NCBI GenBank assembly: GCA_963806855.1
Contig: CAWDYW010000003.1
Location: 96,001-160,000 of the forward strand
From: an uncultured Verrucomicrobiae bacterium
GTDB lineage: Bacteria > Chlamydiota > Chlamydiia > Chlamydiales > Rhabdochlamydiaceae
Direction of reading: 5' to 3'
DNA length: 64,000 nucleotides
Within the stretch, counting starts at the first letter, position 1. The number at the start of each line of letters is the position of its first letter. Of the stretch, positions 60,176 to 64,000 are shown piece after piece. The notes under the pieces were generated by a model. It worked only from the letters and a program-made list of their open reading frames with translations. It did not search any database and was not told the DNA's origin. A program made the position numbers and the translations under genes.

Positions 60176-60607
60176 TCAAGCTTTTTTCCGAATGAGTGTC
60201 GTCAGGCGGCAAATGCTGACGAGATCGCCGCTTTCATTGACGTTCTTGATCTCCCAAACGTGGAGTGTTCGTCCAAGTCGAATGGGGGTAGCAGTACCAA
60301 CAATGTAGCCTTCACTGACGGCTTTGAGATGGCTGATGTTGAGTTCAATGCCGACTGTGAATTGGCTATCACTTTCCAACATGAGGTAGGAGGCGATCGA
60401 CCCAACCGTTTCGGCCAGTGCAGCTGCGGCTCCTCCATGAAGAATGCCATCGATTTGTTTTGTCCGGTCGTCCACGGGCATTTTAATGCTGAGGCTATTG
60501 GGGGTGATCTCGACAAACTCCATGCCTAGATGGCTCAATAAAGTAGAGGGCTTGCTTACTAATTGCTTCAGCTCTTCTAGCTTAATTTTTTTTGCCCAGA
60601 TAGTCAT
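60176..60607 (-). CDS. Hotdog-fold acyl-CoA thioesterase (PaaI/MenI-like)
   Basis: Q..G.LHGGA...LAET, VGIELN.SH. Confidence 0.9.
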   Translation of the reverse strand: MTIWAKKIKLEELKQLVSKPSTLLSHLGMEFVEITPNSLSIKMPVDDRTKQIDGILHGGAAAALAETVGSIASYLMLESDSQFTVGIELNISHLKAVSEGYIVGTATPIRLGRTLHVWEIKNVNESGDLVSICRLTTLIRKKA

Positions 60608-60662
60608 GACGATAGGATATTGCAAGGAGGCGAAAAATGCAACATGTGCTAAGGTCGACCAT

Positions 60663-61559
60663 ATGAACAGTGAAATACTTAAGTTAGATGGGATGGATTT
60701 TGAGGTCCTGACCTGTGGGAATCAGCAGAGCGATCAGTTGGCTCTGTTTTTGCATGGGTTTCCTGAGAGCGCTTATGAGTGGAGACATCTCATGCCGCTT
60801 CTGGCTGAAATGGGATACAAGTGTTGGGCGCCTAATCTGCGCGGCTATGGTAAATCGTATAGCCCATCAAATGCTTCTGAGTATAATCCCGACCTATTGA
60901 TGGATGATGTGGCCCGCTTTGTCAAGGCAGCGAATTGTAAAACGGTCACGTTGATCACGCATGACTGGGGCGCTGCGGTGGCTTGGAATTATGCGATTTG
61001 TAAGCGGGGTCCGCTGGATCGATTGGTCATCATGAATGTGCCGCACCCGTTTATTGCGCAGCGGGAATTTACAAAATGGGCGCAGTTGAAAAGATCGTGG
61101 TATATGTTTTTTTTCCAGCTCCCGCTACTTCCCGAGTATCTGCTAACGAGAAATAATGGGGCCTATTTTGTTCGCTTACTGAAATCTGCTTTCTATCGAA
61201 AAGAGAAATTGAAGCCGGAGGATATCGAGGTTTATCGTCTCAATGCGCTCAGGCCTGGGGGGATGAGGGCGATGATCAATTGGTATCGGGCTTTTTTCCG
61301 CAGGTTGCCCGCTTTGCGAAAAGAGCTTAAGACCCACTCCAAGCAAAAGCTGCAAGTGCCGACGTTGATGATTTGGGGCGAGCGGGATGTGGCTTTGGGG
61401 ATTGGGATGAGTCAGGGAACTGAGAAATATGTGGAAAAATTGACGCTCTGGTATCTGCCCGAGAGCGGCCATTTTGTCGCTGAAGAGGACCCTGAAGAGG
61501 TTGCTCGAATCTTGAAAGAGTGGCTAGAAGGATTCTCTATTCAGAAAAAGGTTTCATAA
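60663..61559 (+). CDS. Alpha/beta hydrolase, epoxide hydrolase-like
   Basis: LHGFPE, LRGYG, HDWGA, WGERD, SGHF. Confidence 0.9.
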   Translation: MNSEILKLDGMDFEVLTCGNQQSDQLALFLHGFPESAYEWRHLMPLLAEMGYKCWAPNLRGYGKSYSPSNASEYNPDLLMDDVARFVKAANCKTVTLITHDWGAAVAWNYAICKRGPLDRLVIMNVPHPFIAQREFTKWAQLKRSWYMFFFQLPLLPEYLLTRNNGAYFVRLLKSAFYRKEKLKPEDIEVYRLNALRPGGMRAMINWYRAFFRRLPALRKELKTHSKQKLQVPTLMIWGERDVALGIGMSQGTEKYVEKLTLWYLPESGHFVAEEDPEEVARILKEWLEGFSIQKKVS

Positions 61560-63372
61560 TTCCTTTTTCGAGCCATTTCATCTCGCCGTCGAGTACTTTT
61601 TTGGCCAGCGCATTCAATTGTTTGTCGTCGTTGTCGACCAGCGCGCGGAATTTCTCTGCGATGCGGCGGCGGGACATGATCGCAAAGTAGTCGGCAAGTT
61701 CAATTGGCGTCCGATCGGAGGGGTTGTTTTTGTAGAGGGTGGCGGCATGGGAGACGGTAGCGGCGATGACGAAGAGTTCGGTCCCCGCTTCGATTAATCT
61801 GCCGATCAGCAGTTGCTTATCTTGGATCTTTTCTCTATAGCGGCCTAGGGTGTAGAAGAGTTTTCGGGCGAGGATGTGGCTGGTCCGCTGAACATATTGG
61901 AAGTGCTTGGCGAGGGGGCCGAGATCGGAATACGATTTTGTCAGAAAGGTGCCGAAGAGCTGCTCAGGAATCCATTTCATGTAAAAGGCGATTGTCTTTG
62001 GACCAAACGCCATGACCTTTTTTAGATGGGGATCGGCCGCTTCTCGGGCTAAAAACAGGCGCATGATCTCGGAAGAGCCTTCGAAGATGGTGTTGATCCG
62101 GACATCGCGCATGATCTGCTCGACGGGGTAGGGGGGCTCGCCACGCTTTTTTAGCGATCGAGCTGTTTCAAAGCCGCGGCCGCCTCTGAGCTGTAGGGTG
62201 AGATCGACGATTCTCCAGAGCGCCTCGGTGCAGAAGAGTTTAGCCATCGCCCCTTCGATGCGGATGTCGACTTTCCCTTCATCTTGCCAGTGGCTGGTGA
62301 GGAGGGCGACCGATTCCATGGCAAAGGTGGTGGCGGCGATGTAGGCGATTTTTAGGCGCCCCTCTTCGTGAAGTCCAACAGGTTGTCCCCACTGAATGCG
62401 CGATTTGCCCCAGATCCTGGCGATCGAGAGGAGGAGTTTTGCCGCTCCGGTACAGCCTGCGGGGACGGTGAGCCTTCCGACGTTGATGGTCCCAAGGGCA
62501 ATGGCGAGCCCGCGGCCCTCGTCTCCGATCCGATTTTCGACGGGGATCTTCACGTTAGTGAACTTGAGGGCGCCGTTGTACATGCCATGGAGCCCCATGA
62601 ATTCGCACCGGTGGGTCACTTCGACCCCAGGGGTATCCATCTCCAGGATGAAGGCGCTGATCTGCTTTCGCTCTTTGCCTTTGACGATTTTAGGGGCGGT
62701 TTTCGCCAAGACGACGATCACACTGGCGATCGGGCCGTTGGTGCACCAGAGTTTGGAGCCATTGAGGATGTAATGTTTTCCGTCTTCGGAGAGTTTTGCC
62801 TCGCAAGCCATGCGGGCAGGATCGGAGCCGACGTCGGTTTCGGTGAGGGCAAATCCTGATATTTGTCCTTGAACAAAGCGGGGGTAATATTTCTTCTTTT
62901 GCTCTTCGGTCCCGTACATCTTGAGGGGCTGTGGAACGCCGATCGATTGGTGGGCGGAGAGGAGCACGCCGGTCCCTGAATCAAAGGTGGCGACGGCCAT
63001 TGCGACCCGGTTATAGTTTGTTTGCGAGAGGCCCACCCCCCCGTATTCTTTGGGGATCTTGAGGGCAAAAGCCCCTAATTTCGCCAGCCCTTGGATGTAC
63101 TCTTTTGGCAGCTCGCCAGTTCGATCCACTTCGAGGGGATCGAGATTTTTGGTGATATAATCGGTCAGCTTGGCGATATATTCGTCGCCGATTTTCTTAT
63201 CTTCGGGGTCTTGGCTGGGGAAGGGAAAGAGCATATCAGAGCGGAAAGTGCCCATAAAAAGCTGGGAGCCGAAACTGGGATGTTTGATCTCTTCGCGCGC
63301 CTCTTCGGTGACTTCGAGTGCGGAGCGGACCTTTTCTGAGCCCATCTTTGTAACGAGATTTTCATCTTTCAT
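61537..63372 (-). CDS. Acyl-CoA dehydrogenase (VLCAD/ACAD9-like)
   Basis: AHQSIG, FALTE..GSD, NGSKLWCTNG, IFEGSSEI. Confidence 0.93.
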   Translation of the reverse strand: MKDENLVTKMGSEKVRSALEVTEEAREEIKHPSFGSQLFMGTFRSDMLFPFPSQDPEDKKIGDEYIAKLTDYITKNLDPLEVDRTGELPKEYIQGLAKLGAFALKIPKEYGGVGLSQTNYNRVAMAVATFDSGTGVLLSAHQSIGVPQPLKMYGTEEQKKKYYPRFVQGQISGFALTETDVGSDPARMACEAKLSEDGKHYILNGSKLWCTNGPIASVIVVLAKTAPKIVKGKERKQISAFILEMDTPGVEVTHRCEFMGLHGMYNGALKFTNVKIPVENRIGDEGRGLAIALGTINVGRLTVPAGCTGAAKLLLSIARIWGKSRIQWGQPVGLHEEGRLKIAYIAATTFAMESVALLTSHWQDEGKVDIRIEGAMAKLFCTEALWRIVDLTLQLRGGRGFETARSLKKRGEPPYPVEQIMRDVRINTIFEGSSEIMRLFLAREAADPHLKKVMAFGPKTIAFYMKWIPEQLFGTFLTKSYSDLGPLAKHFQYVQRTSHILARKLFYTLGRYREKIQDKQLLIGRLIEAGTELFVIAATVSHAATLYKNNPSDRTPIELADYFAIMSRRRIAEKFRALVDNDDKQLNALAKKVLDGEMKWLEKGIMKPFSE

Positions 63373-63438
63373 ATTTTCACTAATTAGATCAATTTCGCAA
63401 TATTTACAAATATAAAAGGTTTATGTAACGTGCGGATA

Positions 63439-64000
63439 ATGGAAAAAACACGAAATATCTCTGAATTTCTTAGGCTGATCGAGAGGGATTATCATGCGAA
63501 CAAAGCTATTGCTGAAAAGGGGCCGCACGGATGGGTCTATTTAAGCCATAAAGAGCTGCTGAGTGAAGTCAAGGCCATGACCCTCTATCTTCACAGTATC
63601 GGGATCAAAAAAGGGGACATGGTGGGGATCATGGCCATTTCGGGGATCCGCTGGGTGGTTGCCGACCTGGCGATCATGGCTTGTGGCGCGATCACCGTCC
63701 CTCTTTTTGCCAATATTTCCAGTGAGAACTTTCTCTTCGAGTGTGAGCAGACCAATTTAAAAACATTGTTTGTTTTAGGGGCAGAACCTTGGCAGATGTA
63801 TGCTAAGCACAAAGACCGTTTTGAGAGAGTCATCGCCCTCGATACTCCTCCGCCTGAAGAAAAAGCGGAAGTCTTTGAAAAGGCGATCGAAATTGGACTT
63901 AAAGCTAGCAATAAAAATCCAAAGCTATTCGATGAACTTCTCGATCAGGTCAGAGAAAATGATTTGGCGACCATCATCTACACGAGCAGCTCGACTGGGA
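63439..64000 (+). CDS. Long-chain fatty acid-CoA ligase (3'-partial)
   Basis: GIKKGD.V, DLAIM.CGAITVP, DLATIIYTSSSTG; runs off the window end. Confidence 0.88.
   Translation, partial: MEKTRNISEFLRLIERDYHANKAIAEKGPHGWVYLSHKELLSEVKAMTLYLHSIGIKKGDMVGIMAISGIRWVVADLAIMACGAITVPLFANISSENFLFECEQTNLKTLFVLGAEPWQMYAKHKDRFERVIALDTPPPEEKAEVFEKAIEIGLKASNKNPKLFDELLDQVRENDLATIIYTSSSTG

Overview
The window looks like an environmental Chlamydiae (Chlamydiota) chromosome. It opens with the S10/spc/alpha ribosomal operon in the chlamydial arrangement (no rpsN, rpmD, adk, rpmJ or rpsD here), followed by gap and the chlamydia-specific regulator grgA. After tRNA-Leu(UAA) at 10177 the region is largely accessory. 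It holds ion and amino-acid transporters (brnQ, mgtA, kdpFABC, AGCS carrier), a ripCBA-like itaconate-degradation operon, bdhA-adc, lipid-metabolism genes, several eukaryote-like or effector candidates (SET, Fic, mitochondrial carrier, prolyl 4-hydroxylase, Inc-like), pseudogene fragments and several families of TA-flanked palindromic mini-elements. The best candidates for undescribed systems are: (1) a TPP riboswitch upstream of a divergent ThiE translationally coupled to an NTT (ATP/ADP translocase family) transporter, a possible thiamine-phosphate importer; (2) a DUF3800 plus BECR-like nuclease pair faced by a self-contained ~65-nt convergent small RNA with its own promoter and terminator; (3) a structured, covarying 125-bp tandem repeat behind tRNA-Leu; (4) palindromic MITEs, one with a filled/empty site pair showing TA duplication and one inserted in frame in a gene; (5) unannotated leader peptides upstream of two amino-acid transporters. 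All assignments come from motif recognition by eye; no searches were run.
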